64,000 nt of DNA, taken from positions 161 through 64,160 of the forward strand of contig CAJXDY010000008.1 of NCBI GenBank assembly GCA_913052135.1, given 5' to 3'. The notes beneath the pieces were generated by a model. The model worked only from the letters and a program-made list of their open reading frames with translations, had not been told where the DNA came from and ran no database searches. How positions within the stretch are numbered: the stretch's first letter is position 1; the number at the start of each line of letters is the position of its first letter. This document shows positions 1-10,094 of this stretch, in pieces. The position numbers and the translations under genes were made by a program. The stretch comes from an uncultured Acidobacteriota bacterium (GTDB lineage Bacteria > Acidobacteriota > Vicinamibacteria > Vicinamibacterales > UBA823).

Positions 1-141
1 CCTCCCGCCGCCGCCCGTGATGACGTAGAGGTTGTCCTTTACCTGTTCGAGTCCAGCGATGTTTTGTTGAGCGTGCGGCGGCGCAATGGTGATGGCCAAT
101 ATACCACCCGCGAGAAGACTGATTAGTATGGTGCTTCGCAT
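1..141 (-). CDS. MBL-fold metallo-hydrolase paralog, N-terminal fragment (gene runs off the left edge)
   Basis: Manual reverse translation from ATG (141-139) gives MRSTILISLLAGGILAITIAPPHAQQNIAGLEQVKDNLYVITGGGGG. This is a signal peptide plus the same QVKDNLYVITGGGG block found at the N-terminus of the complete MBL-fold gene at 12982-13869. It is too short for the ORF track. Confidence 0.5.
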   Translation of the reverse strand, partial: MRSTILISLLAGGILAITIAPPHAQQNIAGLEQVKDNLYVITGGGGR

Positions 142-154
142 GAGGGACATCCTT

Positions 155-1252
155 TCATACGGTAAAGAATACTCTTTCCACGAACCAATAGGCACCCGCC
201 AGCATGACCACGACTGAACCAGTGATGGTAATTCGGTGACTGGCTACGGCACTTTGCTGGCGAATAGCTGCCAATCCTGTTGCAATCAGAGCCACGATAA
301 CAAGTTGTCCGAGTTCGACGCCAACATTAAATGACGCTAACGTCCAGCCGAGCGCCTGGCGTGGCAAATCCATATCTGCGAGCACACCGGCGAAACCGAA
401 TCCATGGATAAACCCAAAAGCGAGGGCAATCCAGGCCCGCAAATCACGTCCCTCTTGACTGACCAGTAAATTATCGGCTCCCACATAGATGATGCTTAAG
501 GCAATGGCCGGTTCAATGATACTTGCCGGCGGCGTCACCACGCCGAGTACGGCCAAGGATAGCGTAATACTGTGCGCCAAGGTGAACGCCGTGACAATCA
601 TGATCAGCGATGAAAGACTGCCTCCCAGCAGCAGGAGGCCAAAGAGAAAGAGAATATGGTCAGGTCCGATGACAATATGATGAATGCCGACGGGCACAAA
701 TCGACCGATAATGGCCCATCGGCCATCGCTTGTGCCCGTGAAATATTCGTGTTCTAAGCGCGACGGGTCGAAAATCCGCTGCGCTACCAAAGTGTCTCGT
801 TCGTAAATATTGAGAAAGGTGAGGTGATTGGGATCATAGGGAAAAAACCTGGCTTGCACCCTGAGAATACCGGGTGCGTCATCCAGCGCGTACCGCATGG
901 TGAGTTGGACCGATTGCCTCGAAGGTAGCACAATGATTTGTCCTGCCTCGAAGTGGATGACACGGCTGTCGGCGTGCAGCGTCAACCGATCACCCATGAG
1001 AGCGAAGAGGGTGCTCCGTTCCAGCTCAATCCTATCCTGCTGTAAGAGTTGTGCGGGGTCTTCAAGATTCAGTTCGTAGGCAAAATCAAACACGTGCACC
1101 ACGAGGGTCGCGTCAACGTGCCCATCACGCAGGTTGAGATCGAGATAACTGAACGGGGCAGGATGGGCGACAGCTGACTGTGACAATAAGCTCACATGGA
1201 TGACTGTCACCGCTAACAGATAGTGCAGGCGAAACACAGGGTTGCGAAACAT
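155..1252 (-). CDS. HupE/UreJ-family membrane protein with an N-terminal periplasmic extension
   Basis: 365-aa ORF with a signal peptide (LLSQSAVAHP). The C-terminal half is polytopic and carries the HupE/UreJ-like motif GIHHIVIGPDHILFLFGLLLLGG and FIHGFGFAG. Confidence 0.7.
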   Translation of the reverse strand: MFRNPVFRLHYLLAVTVIHVSLLSQSAVAHPAPFSYLDLNLRDGHVDATLVVHVFDFAYELNLEDPAQLLQQDRIELERSTLFALMGDRLTLHADSRVIHFEAGQIIVLPSRQSVQLTMRYALDDAPGILRVQARFFPYDPNHLTFLNIYERDTLVAQRIFDPSRLEHEYFTGTSDGRWAIIGRFVPVGIHHIVIGPDHILFLFGLLLLGGSLSSLIMIVTAFTLAHSITLSLAVLGVVTPPASIIEPAIALSIIYVGADNLLVSQEGRDLRAWIALAFGFIHGFGFAGVLADMDLPRQALGWTLASFNVGVELGQLVIVALIATGLAAIRQQSAVASHRITITGSVVVMLAGAYWFVERVFFTV

Positions 1253-1414
1253 TCAATGTGTAAGTTACCGTACTTGTTCAATACTGAGATCGGTTGAGTT
1301 TAACAGGGCTATTCGGTCTTTCTTGTGTGTATTCCCAACTTAATGATGTGTGTCTGATGTTTTTGAAGATTGAGCGAAGTGCAGGATAATGGCTTAATGG
1401 ACTCTGGGCAAGGC

Positions 1415-4093
1415 ATGACATTCTTTCGAGCGCTCCTTAATCGATTAGCAGTCACCGCACTGATTGGCTTACTCATGGTGTTAGGGGTGAGCCAGGTGCA
1501 GGCGAACGAAATGACTGGTTCGATTCAAGCGACGATCCAGGGTAAGGGTCTGGATCAGCGTGTGATCGACTTTGGGAATGTGAATATCGGATCCAGCGCG
1601 ACTGCGACACTCACCATTACCAACAGTGGTAATACGCCACTGACGTGGACAGGACTTGAGACTGGCGCAAGTGTCGTGTCGGCCAATGCGTCCAATGGTG
1701 TCGTGGTTGCTGGCGGATCCATAACGGTCACCCTGACGTTTACGCCCACGGCGCCCGCCGCGTATAGTGGTGCGATAACCGTCACCGGAAATCAGACCAG
1801 CGGTACGAATATGATTCCGTGGACGGGAACCGGGACGACGCCTGCACCAGCGGCCACACGGATCATAGCTCTCTCTGGAACCAGGAATGTTGGCAACACT
1901 GCTTCGGGTGTGATCGACGGCCCGCCAGCACCGGTCGCTCCCGCTGTCGTATCCCGAGACGACCAGGGTCGAGTGACGATACGAGCTGTACGCCTTGAAG
2001 AGTCACTGCATGTGGATGGGCATCTGGACGAGTCAATTTACGCCAACGTGGCCACGGTGTCTGATTTTCTTCAGCAAGAGCCTCAAGAAGGTGAACCGTC
2101 AACTGAAAAAACTGAATTCTGGGTTTTCTTTGACGATGAGATCTTCTATCTAGCGGCGCGGGTCTGGGATTCTGATATGGCAAATCTGGTGACGCGAGAG
2201 CTGCGAAGGGGCAATTCCGGCATTGCCCAGGACGACAGCATTACGCTCACGTTGGACACGTTTTATGATCGACGGAACGGTTACTATTTTCAGACTAATT
2301 CGCGGGGTGGCATCTATGATGCCCTTATCGCCGACGAACGTAGTGAAAATGTAGATTGGGATACGGTGTATACGACCAAATCTGCACGATTTGACTGGGG
2401 CTGGAGTATGGAACTGGCGATTCCCTTTAAGTCGCTTCGCTATCCTGGTAGTGGTGAACAAATCTGGGGCATGAACGTGCGACGGACGATGCCTCGACAG
2501 AACGAACTGGCCTACCTGAGTCCGCCACCGGCATCCTATGGTCGCGTCGGGATATGGAAACTCTCATCGGCAGCGACACTGATCGGTCTGGAAGCTCCGG
2601 CTCGTTCGATCAATCTCGAACTAAAGCCGTACGGGATTGCGAACTTAATCACTGATACCACCGTGAGTCCGGCTCTTGACAATGACTTCACTCGCACTGG
2701 CGGGTTCGATTTGAAGTACGGGCTTACGAGAGGGTTAGTCGCGGATTTTACGTATCAGACTGATTTTGCGCAGGTCGAAGTGGATGACGCCCAAGTGAAT
2801 TTAACGCGATTTAGTTTGTACTTCCCTGAAAAACGGCAGTTCTTTTTAGAGGGACAGGATCTCTTTTCGTTCGGTGGCGCAGGTCCTCGGTTTTCAGGCA
2901 CTCCGCCTGGAGACACACCGGTCTTATTTTTTAGTCGCCGAATTGGGTTATCTGATGGGACACCGGTTCCCATTATTGGTGGGGGACGAGTAACTGGACG
3001 AGTTGGACCGTACAGCGTTGGCTTGCTCAACATTCATACGGAAGAATCGCCGACCTTGGGTCTTGGAAAAACAGGATTCTCAGTCGTTCGGTTGAAACGG
3101 AATATTCTTCGACGAAGCAGTATTGGCGTGATCGGCACGCACCGTTCCTTGAATAAGCAGGGTAGCGGTTCGAATGAGGTGTACGGTGTTGATGGCAGAT
3201 TAGCGCTGCTGTCAAACTTCTTCGTCGATGCTTACTATGCACGGTCAAATACGGTCGGTCGCACGGGTCATGACGCTAGTTATCGTCTGCGCATTGAAAA
3301 CAACGGTGATCGTTACGGGTTTCAAGTCGAACACCTCCTCGTCGGTAAAGATTTCAATCCAGAAGTCGGTTTTCTCCGCCGACACGATTTTCGGCGCAAT
3401 CTCGGACAATTGCGCTTCAGTCCGCGACCAGAGTTCGGTTCGGTCGTCCGCAAGTACACCTACGAAGTGAATTTCGATCAATTTGCGTCAGATTCCACTG
3501 GTCTCATCGAGAGCCAAGAAATTAAAGGCCGGTTTCGAACTGAGTTCCAGAGTGCTGATCGTATTGACGTGGACTACGTGAACCAGTACGAATTCTTGAC
3601 GAAGCCGTTCAAGATCACCGATGGCGTGGTGATCCCAGTTGGCGGGTATTACTTCGAAAATGTTCGGGCAAGCATTCTGTTCGCTCGGCACCGGCGGTTT
3701 AATGGCACCCTCAAAATACAGGCTGGCGATTTTTTTGGTGGAAAACGAACAGAGGTTAGTTATAAAGGTCGGGCGCAATTGACCACAGGATTTGTGATTG
3801 AGCCAAGCGTTGCTGTTAACTGGATTGATTTACCGCAAGGAAAATTTTCAACCGAGATCGGTCAAATGCGTTTCATCTATTCGATGACGCCCCGGATGTT
3901 TATCGAGGCCCTGACACAGTACACCTCGAGGGACAAATCCGTCAGTTCGAATGTGCGGTACCGCTGGGAGTATCAACCGGGCAGCGATATCTACATCGTG
4001 TACAGTGAGGGCCGTGATTCGCGGATGCGTGGATTTTCAGGGCTCCTAAATCGTGGCGTCGCCATTAAATTTACACGACTCTTACGCTTTTAG
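1415..4093 (+). CDS. Secreted CBM9-like / DUF5916-type beta-barrel protein with an N-terminal Ig-like (HYDIN/choice-of-anchor-D-like) domain
   Basis: 907-aa ORF. The likely start is ATG 1415 (MTFFRALLNRLAVTALIGLLMVLGVSQVQA signal) rather than TTG 1370. The N-terminal block is DFGNVNIGSSATATLTITNSGNTPLTW. The central region (HVDGHLDESIYANV...FWVFFDDEIFYLAARVWD) resembles family-9 carbohydrate-binding/DOMON-like modules, and the long C-terminus has alternating beta-strand character. Confidence 0.6.
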   Translation: MTFFRALLNRLAVTALIGLLMVLGVSQVQANEMTGSIQATIQGKGLDQRVIDFGNVNIGSSATATLTITNSGNTPLTWTGLETGASVVSANASNGVVVAGGSITVTLTFTPTAPAAYSGAITVTGNQTSGTNMIPWTGTGTTPAPAATRIIALSGTRNVGNTASGVIDGPPAPVAPAVVSRDDQGRVTIRAVRLEESLHVDGHLDESIYANVATVSDFLQQEPQEGEPSTEKTEFWVFFDDEIFYLAARVWDSDMANLVTRELRRGNSGIAQDDSITLTLDTFYDRRNGYYFQTNSRGGIYDALIADERSENVDWDTVYTTKSARFDWGWSMELAIPFKSLRYPGSGEQIWGMNVRRTMPRQNELAYLSPPPASYGRVGIWKLSSAATLIGLEAPARSINLELKPYGIANLITDTTVSPALDNDFTRTGGFDLKYGLTRGLVADFTYQTDFAQVEVDDAQVNLTRFSLYFPEKRQFFLEGQDLFSFGGAGPRFSGTPPGDTPVLFFSRRIGLSDGTPVPIIGGGRVTGRVGPYSVGLLNIHTEESPTLGLGKTGFSVVRLKRNILRRSSIGVIGTHRSLNKQGSGSNEVYGVDGRLALLSNFFVDAYYARSNTVGRTGHDASYRLRIENNGDRYGFQVEHLLVGKDFNPEVGFLRRHDFRRNLGQLRFSPRPEFGSVVRKYTYEVNFDQFASDSTGLIESQEIKGRFRTEFQSADRIDVDYVNQYEFLTKPFKITDGVVIPVGGYYFENVRASILFARHRRFNGTLKIQAGDFFGGKRTEVSYKGRAQLTTGFVIEPSVAVNWIDLPQGKFSTEIGQMRFIYSMTPRMFIEALTQYTSRDKSVSSNVRYRWEYQPGSDIYIVYSEGRDSRMRGFSGLLNRGVAIKFTRLLRF

Positions 4094-4118
4094 CGTTCGC
4101 TTACAGTTTTCCTAACGT

Positions 4119-5456
4119 TTACACCGTCGGTAGGGTCCATGGCTGTCGATAGTGTGCTCGCATGAGGCTATTCGCCTCTGCATTGTCCGTGAATTGTGCC
4201 TGGGCAGCGTTCCAGTGCACTTTTTGATTGGTGCGGAATGCGATATTGCCAAGATGAGCGTTTACTGCAGCCAATTGCCCTATTTCAGCATTGCAACGGG
4301 GTTGGCTGCGAGTCTTCATGCACTCGATGAAGTTCTGTGTGTGTTGATCGAGGCCCGCTGCCCCAGGGCGCACGCGCTGCGTTGGGACTGGTTCCATCTT
4401 GTAGTAGGGCGCGGAATTCCGAGTTCCAGTTTCTGGAAAGACTTCCCACTTTGCGCGGTCGATGACGAGTGTGCCTTCGTTACCAATAAACGCGACACCG
4501 TGGTCCCGTTGGAAGGGACCGAGTCCGATGCCGACCGCGTGCTCCCAGATCATGGTGAAGTCCTCGTATTCATAGATCGCTTGGAGGGTGTCCGGTGTTT
4601 CTTCGGCATCGTCGGGATACGCGAACTTACCGCCGCTGGCAATGATCGAACGTGGAGCGGTAACGTCCATGCCATACAACACGATGTCGATCAAATGCAC
4701 ACCCCAGTCCGTCATTAAGCCGCCAGCGTAGTCCCAGAACCAACGAAAATTGAAGTGAAATCGATTTTGGTTAAATGGTCGGAGAGGGGCCGGTCCCAGC
4801 CACATGTCGTAATTTACCCCGGCAGGAGCAGGTTCATCAGGGATGTTCGGGATTGCAGGCATCCAGTTCATGTAGGCCCAAGCTCTCGCCGTACGAATAC
4901 GGCCAAGCTTACCTGATCGTAGAAACTTGATCGCGTCATCCCAGTGCACACCGCTCCGTTGCCATTGTCCGACTTGGACGACTCGGTCGTAACGTTTTGC
5001 GGCAGCAACCATGATCCGACATTCTTCAATGGAATTGGCCATTGGTTTTTCGACGTAGACATCCTTTCCGGCCTCACACGCCATGACCATCTGGAGGCAG
5101 TGCCAATGGTCAGGGGTGCCGATGACCACGGCATCGATGTCGCCATCATCTAGTACTCGCCTGAAATCTTCGTAGAGTGTCGGCTTTGTGCCCGTTGTTT
5201 GTTCAACGTCTTGGGCACGTCGCTCAAGCACATTACGATCCACGTCGCATAAGGCCACACATTCCACTTCAGGGAGTTTCAGCAATGAGGTCAGGTCGGA
5301 GTACCCCATGCCGTTGCAGCCGATCACGCCGATCGCAATGCGATCGCTTGGTGCGACGCCCCAGGGACGTGACGCGAACGTTCTGGCTTCGGTGATCTTG
5401 GCACCTGCGATGGCACCTGCGCCACCAAGAAGAAATGCACGTCGTGTCGCTTGCAT
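4119..5456 (-). CDS. Tat-exported Gfo/Idh/MocA-family NAD(P)-dependent oxidoreductase
   Basis: 445-aa ORF with twin-arginine signal MQATRRAFLLGGAGAIAGA, Rossmann start IAIGVIGCNGMGYSD, and GTPDHWH and YVEKP motifs typical of the family. Confidence 0.85.
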   Translation of the reverse strand: MQATRRAFLLGGAGAIAGAKITEARTFASRPWGVAPSDRIAIGVIGCNGMGYSDLTSLLKLPEVECVALCDVDRNVLERRAQDVEQTTGTKPTLYEDFRRVLDDGDIDAVVIGTPDHWHCLQMVMACEAGKDVYVEKPMANSIEECRIMVAAAKRYDRVVQVGQWQRSGVHWDDAIKFLRSGKLGRIRTARAWAYMNWMPAIPNIPDEPAPAGVNYDMWLGPAPLRPFNQNRFHFNFRWFWDYAGGLMTDWGVHLIDIVLYGMDVTAPRSIIASGGKFAYPDDAEETPDTLQAIYEYEDFTMIWEHAVGIGLGPFQRDHGVAFIGNEGTLVIDRAKWEVFPETGTRNSAPYYKMEPVPTQRVRPGAAGLDQHTQNFIECMKTRSQPRCNAEIGQLAAVNAHLGNIAFRTNQKVHWNAAQAQFTDNAEANSLMRAHYRQPWTLPTV

Positions 5457-5488
5457 AATTGATTACCTCATAGAGTTTGGAGGGTAAG

Positions 5489-6505
5489 TTATGGTGTGCT
5501 TAGAAAGGCTCTAATCTCTTCAAAAGCACGGTCCTGTTCACATCGGAACGATTGGTGTCCGCAGTCGTTGTCCAAGACGAGCGTTTGTGAATTCGTTAAT
5601 TCAGCGAAGGTTAGAGCTGGGCCCGGGGTGACCATATGGTCATAGGTGCCCACGACAGCGAGCATCTCAGCTTTGACGGCCTCTGCGGTTGCTGGCCATT
5701 TACCATCAAAGGATGTTGAAACGTCGTGCGCAATCATTGCTTGGAGTTGGGCCACGCGGTCATTAATAGCGAGTGTCATACCCCCTGCCCGTCCATCTTT
5801 CAGTAATGCGGCACCTTGGTCGTGGGGATCTTGTCGCGCATGGAAGTCCGGTGAGTATAGGGCAAGGTGGCTGATCATGCCGGCCACTTCACGCGCGGTG
5901 GTTTCATTGCAGTCGCAATCGAGTGCCTGTTCCAACGCTGTCAACTGGGCAGTCCATAAGAGCAAGTCGTAGGAGGCCAGTCGTGGTGAACCGACAATCG
6001 GGACGGCGCGATCCATGAACTCTGGGTAGGTTGTGACCCATTCGTAGGTTTGCATTCCACCCATTGAAATTCCGATGACCGCATGCAGATGGGTGATACC
6101 AAGCACTTCGGTCAGTAATTGGTGTTGCGACTGCACCATGTCACCGATGCTAACCACAGGAAAGTTACGTTGTGGTTGCTGGGTGCTATTGGATGGGGAT
6201 GATGAGATTCCGTTAGCTAGGGCGTCAACGGTAATGAGGAAAAACTGTGAGGTATCGACTGCACCCACAGCATCGCTAGTGAATAGCTCTTCGGATGTGC
6301 CGGTGAACCACGTTGGAAACAAAATAACGTTTGATCGGTCTGCGTTCAGAGTACCCGCGGTTCGATATGCGATTTTGGCATCTTGAATCACATCGCCATT
6401 TTCGAGTTCAAAATTTCCCAAGCTAGCAATTTGAAGTGGGGGAGCCTCGGCGGCATGAAGCGTTACCGAGAGTAGTAGACAGACAAGCATGAAGACGGAT
6501 GGCAT
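5489..6505 (-). CDS. Secreted alpha/beta hydrolase, homoserine O-acetyltransferase (MetX)-like esterase family
   Basis: 338-aa ORF with a signal peptide (MPSVFMLVCLLLSVTLHAAEA) and the nucleophile elbow GISMGGMQTYEW characteristic of MetX-like alpha/beta hydrolases. Confidence 0.7.
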   Translation of the reverse strand: MPSVFMLVCLLLSVTLHAAEAPPLQIASLGNFELENGDVIQDAKIAYRTAGTLNADRSNVILFPTWFTGTSEELFTSDAVGAVDTSQFFLITVDALANGISSSPSNSTQQPQRNFPVVSIGDMVQSQHQLLTEVLGITHLHAVIGISMGGMQTYEWVTTYPEFMDRAVPIVGSPRLASYDLLLWTAQLTALEQALDCDCNETTAREVAGMISHLALYSPDFHARQDPHDQGAALLKDGRAGGMTLAINDRVAQLQAMIAHDVSTSFDGKWPATAEAVKAEMLAVVGTYDHMVTPGPALTFAELTNSQTLVLDNDCGHQSFRCEQDRAFEEIRAFLSTP

Positions 6506-6552
6506 AATATTGTTTTCCTCCAGTTGTTCAGTACTCGTTAATGATAAATGTT

Positions 6553-7542
6553 TTAACCTTCTAATAATTGTGCGAGGTCAACCGAGAGTTTAGCTGCAAG
6601 GCGTTCTCCACTTGGGCTCATGTATGTGACGACTCCTGTAATTGCATTGACTGCGGACGAGAACTCACTTGAAGAACGATTGTCGTTCGTTGGCCGGTTG
6701 AACACCACCTCCGTGCGTTGCTGGGTTGTCTTCCACTCGCTCGTTGGGAATACAGTGGCAGTGACCTGGCTTGGAAACCATTCAATATTGGAAGGAAGCA
6801 CTGTCCATTGCAGAATCATCTCTGGTTTAACCATGGCCGTAGGCGTGTGCACGCCTGTCCGTAGTTTTGCACTGAATGGCCGGTTTGGTGCATCGAGAGA
6901 GATAGGAACTCGAGTCGACCAATTCTCGAAATGCGCAACGTTGCCATGGTTGATGAGTCGTGTTCCGGATATCGAGACTGGTAGTAGCAATTCAAGGAAT
7001 GCTTGTCCGGGTAGACACTCTTCTTTACACGCTAGCCAACTTACAGTGGCCGTTAAATGCCATTCATGATCCGGATCATGGTTGGAGGCCTGCACGTCAG
7101 TCTGCAGCAAAACCTGATCACGATAGCCATAGCCCTCTATTGCGTCTGGTGACGTGACACGAATGGGAGATGGCCAGCGAAGGGGACTAGGTACAAAATC
7201 AGGAGGTAATGCGAAATCAACCTGAGTCGGCTCACCAGACGCCCCAGGATTTTTCCAGTAGATGTACCACCCAGGTTCGATGTTAAGCAGCACTCCGAGT
7301 TTAAAGTCATTTCCAGACTGTACGATGGAAACATCGGCAATCAGTTCGACGTCCACCGGTGACGCTTGTGGTGCGAGGGACCTGGTCTGAGGCATTTCCT
7401 GACTTTGGACACTCGATTCCAAATCGGTTTCGGACGGACGTCCACATCCAAAAGCAAGGCCGAGCATCAAGGCGCTAGTCGTAAAGCTTACAAGTACGCT
7501 GTGGCTCAATGCTCTCACATCTTTCGAAGCTTGGTAGGACAT
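6553..7542 (-). CDS. Lipoprotein with a DsbD/ScsB N-terminal-like thiol-disulfide interchange domain
   Basis: 329-aa ORF with lipobox LAFGC. It has WYIYWKNPG and VSWLACKEECLPG blocks that resemble the DsbC/DsbD-alpha-like domain. No transmembrane DsbD core is attached. Confidence 0.55.
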   Translation of the reverse strand: MSYQASKDVRALSHSVLVSFTTSALMLGLAFGCGRPSETDLESSVQSQEMPQTRSLAPQASPVDVELIADVSIVQSGNDFKLGVLLNIEPGWYIYWKNPGASGEPTQVDFALPPDFVPSPLRWPSPIRVTSPDAIEGYGYRDQVLLQTDVQASNHDPDHEWHLTATVSWLACKEECLPGQAFLELLLPVSISGTRLINHGNVAHFENWSTRVPISLDAPNRPFSAKLRTGVHTPTAMVKPEMILQWTVLPSNIEWFPSQVTATVFPTSEWKTTQQRTEVVFNRPTNDNRSSSEFSSAVNAITGVVTYMSPSGERLAAKLSVDLAQLLEG

Positions 7543-7718
7543 GTCGAAAGCTCAAGGCTAAAGGCTGCTTATCTCTGAAGTCAACCAAAGGATGCTCCAG
7601 AAAACAACAATTTGTCTACTTTCTTAACAGTCGATGGTTTGAGGTCCTCCGTGTGATATTTTTCTGAGACATATAGATTTCTCGTTGTCTGACTAGGCTG
7701 GCTCAAGGGAGGCTTCGA

Positions 7719-10079
7719 ATGTTTTTTTGGTTGAATGGGACTGTTGCACGGGTACTACTGATCGGACTAATTTCTGTGGCCAATACCTTACCGGTAGTTG
7801 CCCAGGATAGCCCGTCAGGTCGCGTCGAGGCACTCACAGTAGAAGATTATGCCCAAGCCGAACAATTCATGAGTTACAACACCGCACCCCTGGTTTCTGG
7901 TGCGACCGTGCGGCCAACTTGGCTTGAGAATGATCGTTTTTGGTACCGCAATACAACAACTGATGGCACCGAGTTCGTGCTGGTTGATCCTCTGGAGGGT
8001 ACACGTCAACTGGCATTCGACCATGTTCGACTGGCCGAAGCGCTATCGGCGGCGACTAACTCCACGTACCGTGCTGAGGCGCTCCCGTTTGAAGTGTTCG
8101 ATTTTGCATCTGACGGCAAGACCGTCGCGTTCGAGCTTGATGATCAGGCGTGGCGTTGTGATGTCGGAGCGGCTGAATGTGTGACCGAGACGCACGGCGC
8201 AGCAGGGTCACATGAACAATCGCGAAATGATGCCATATCCCCAGACGGTAGTCTTGCTGCATATCTTCACGATCACAACATTTGGGTGCGGAATCAGGAA
8301 ACAGGCGAAGAAACACAAGTCACCTTCGACGGTGTCGAAAACCTTGCCTATGCCACTGACAATGCAGGCTGGCGTAGAAGTGATCGTCCAATCGTAGTGT
8401 GGTCTCCAGATTCGAAGAAGCTGGCTACTTTTCTGCAAGATCAGCAGGATGTGGGGAAGATGCACCTTGTGGAAACGCGGGTAGGGCACCCGATCCTCCA
8501 TTCGTGGGTGTATCCGCTCCCTGGTGATGAAGTCATCACGACAATTCAGCGGGTGGTGGTAGATGTCGAGGAAAAGCGCGTTATACGTTTCTTGATGCCG
8601 GCTGACCAACACCGGTCAACACTCTGTGACGATCTGCCATGTCGAGGTGTGTGGCGCGACGTCCAATGGCATCCGGATAGTTCAAGTGTGGCGTTTGTCT
8701 CAACTTCTCGCGATCACAAACAGGCACACTTGAGGATTGCTGATGCAGTGACTGGAGAGATTCATGATTTGTTCGAAGAGGTTGTCGATACGTTCTTTGA
8801 ATCAGGCAATGGGATGGTGAACTGGCGCTACTTGCCACGTTCTAACGAGATCATTTGGTTTTCGCAGCGTGATGAGTGGGGCCATCTTTATCTCTACGAT
8901 CTTCAGTCAGGAGAATTGACGCAGCAAATTACAACTGGTGTTGGTAACGTGACGCAATTGTTACGGGTCGATGAAGAAAACCGGTTACTGTATTTTCTTG
9001 GTGTCGGACGGGAACCCGGACGGAATCCCTACTATCGACATCTTTATCGTATTGGTTTCGATGGTCAGCAACTGAAGCTGTTGACCCCTGAGGATGGCGA
9101 TCACAATGTGACACTTTCGCCATCGGGTCAGTTTTTTATTGATCGTAATTCAGAACCGGACGTGCCTCCGGTTACAACACTACTAGCGGCAGACGGCCAA
9201 CATATATTGACGTTAGAGCAAGCGGACCTCTCTCGACTAACTGCCACGGGCTGGCGCCCACCGCTTCCATTCACGGTCAAGGCGCGGGATGGCGTAACTG
9301 ATTTACATGGTCTTCTGTTTCGACCAACCAATTTTGATGAAAATCGTCAATATCCGATCATCAATCAAATTTATCCTGGTCCCCAAACAGGAAGTGTCCG
9401 TGGCCGTAGCTTTGCTGCTTCGCGTGGAGATGCGCAGGCACTGGCCGAACTAGGTTTTGTTGTAGTGCAGATCGATGGGATGGGCACACCCTGGCGTTCT
9501 AAATCATTTCATGAGGCGTATTACGGCGACATGGGAGACAACACGTTACCAGATCAGGTGACAGGTATGCAGCAATTGGCTGCACGGTTTGCATGGATTG
9601 ATCTTGAACGGGCCGGCATTTATGGGCACTCAGGCGGTGGCTATGCAACGGCGGCAGCTATGTTCAGGTACCCTGATTTCTTTAAAGTTGGTGTTTCTGG
9701 AGCGGGGAATCATGACAACCGCGTCTATGAAGATGATTGGGGAGAGAAATGGCAGGGTCTGCTGACTCGCGCCGCGGACGGTTCGACGAACTACGATAAT
9801 CAGGCAAATCAGAACATTGCAGAAAATCTATCGGGTAAACTGCTTCTCGCTCATGGGACGATGGACACCAACGTGCCAATGTACAACACTTTACTCGTCG
9901 TCGATGCGTTGATTAAGGCAAACAAGGATTTTGATTTGCTACTACTCCCAAATCGAGGACATGGTTTTGGCAATGAGCCATACTGGATTCGGAAGCGATG
10001 GGATTATTTTGTTAGGCACTTACTCGGGGCAGAACCTCCCCAAGGATATGCACTTCGACCGGCTTCGAGTACTCGCTAA
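7719..10079 (+). CDS. Secreted dipeptidyl-peptidase IV-like serine peptidase (S9B prolyl oligopeptidase family)
   Basis: 786-aa ORF preceded by RBS GGGAGG, with a signal peptide. It has an N-terminal DPP-IV-type propeller (WSPDSKKLATF) and a C-terminal catalytic domain with GIYGHSGGGY (Ser), HGTMDTNV (Asp) and NRGHGF (His). Confidence 0.85.
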   Translation: MFFWLNGTVARVLLIGLISVANTLPVVAQDSPSGRVEALTVEDYAQAEQFMSYNTAPLVSGATVRPTWLENDRFWYRNTTTDGTEFVLVDPLEGTRQLAFDHVRLAEALSAATNSTYRAEALPFEVFDFASDGKTVAFELDDQAWRCDVGAAECVTETHGAAGSHEQSRNDAISPDGSLAAYLHDHNIWVRNQETGEETQVTFDGVENLAYATDNAGWRRSDRPIVVWSPDSKKLATFLQDQQDVGKMHLVETRVGHPILHSWVYPLPGDEVITTIQRVVVDVEEKRVIRFLMPADQHRSTLCDDLPCRGVWRDVQWHPDSSSVAFVSTSRDHKQAHLRIADAVTGEIHDLFEEVVDTFFESGNGMVNWRYLPRSNEIIWFSQRDEWGHLYLYDLQSGELTQQITTGVGNVTQLLRVDEENRLLYFLGVGREPGRNPYYRHLYRIGFDGQQLKLLTPEDGDHNVTLSPSGQFFIDRNSEPDVPPVTTLLAADGQHILTLEQADLSRLTATGWRPPLPFTVKARDGVTDLHGLLFRPTNFDENRQYPIINQIYPGPQTGSVRGRSFAASRGDAQALAELGFVVVQIDGMGTPWRSKSFHEAYYGDMGDNTLPDQVTGMQQLAARFAWIDLERAGIYGHSGGGYATAAAMFRYPDFFKVGVSGAGNHDNRVYEDDWGEKWQGLLTRAADGSTNYDNQANQNIAENLSGKLLLAHGTMDTNVPMYNTLLVVDALIKANKDFDLLLLPNRGHGFGNEPYWIRKRWDYFVRHLLGAEPPQGYALRPASSTR

Positions 10080-10094
10080 ATGATGACACCGTGT

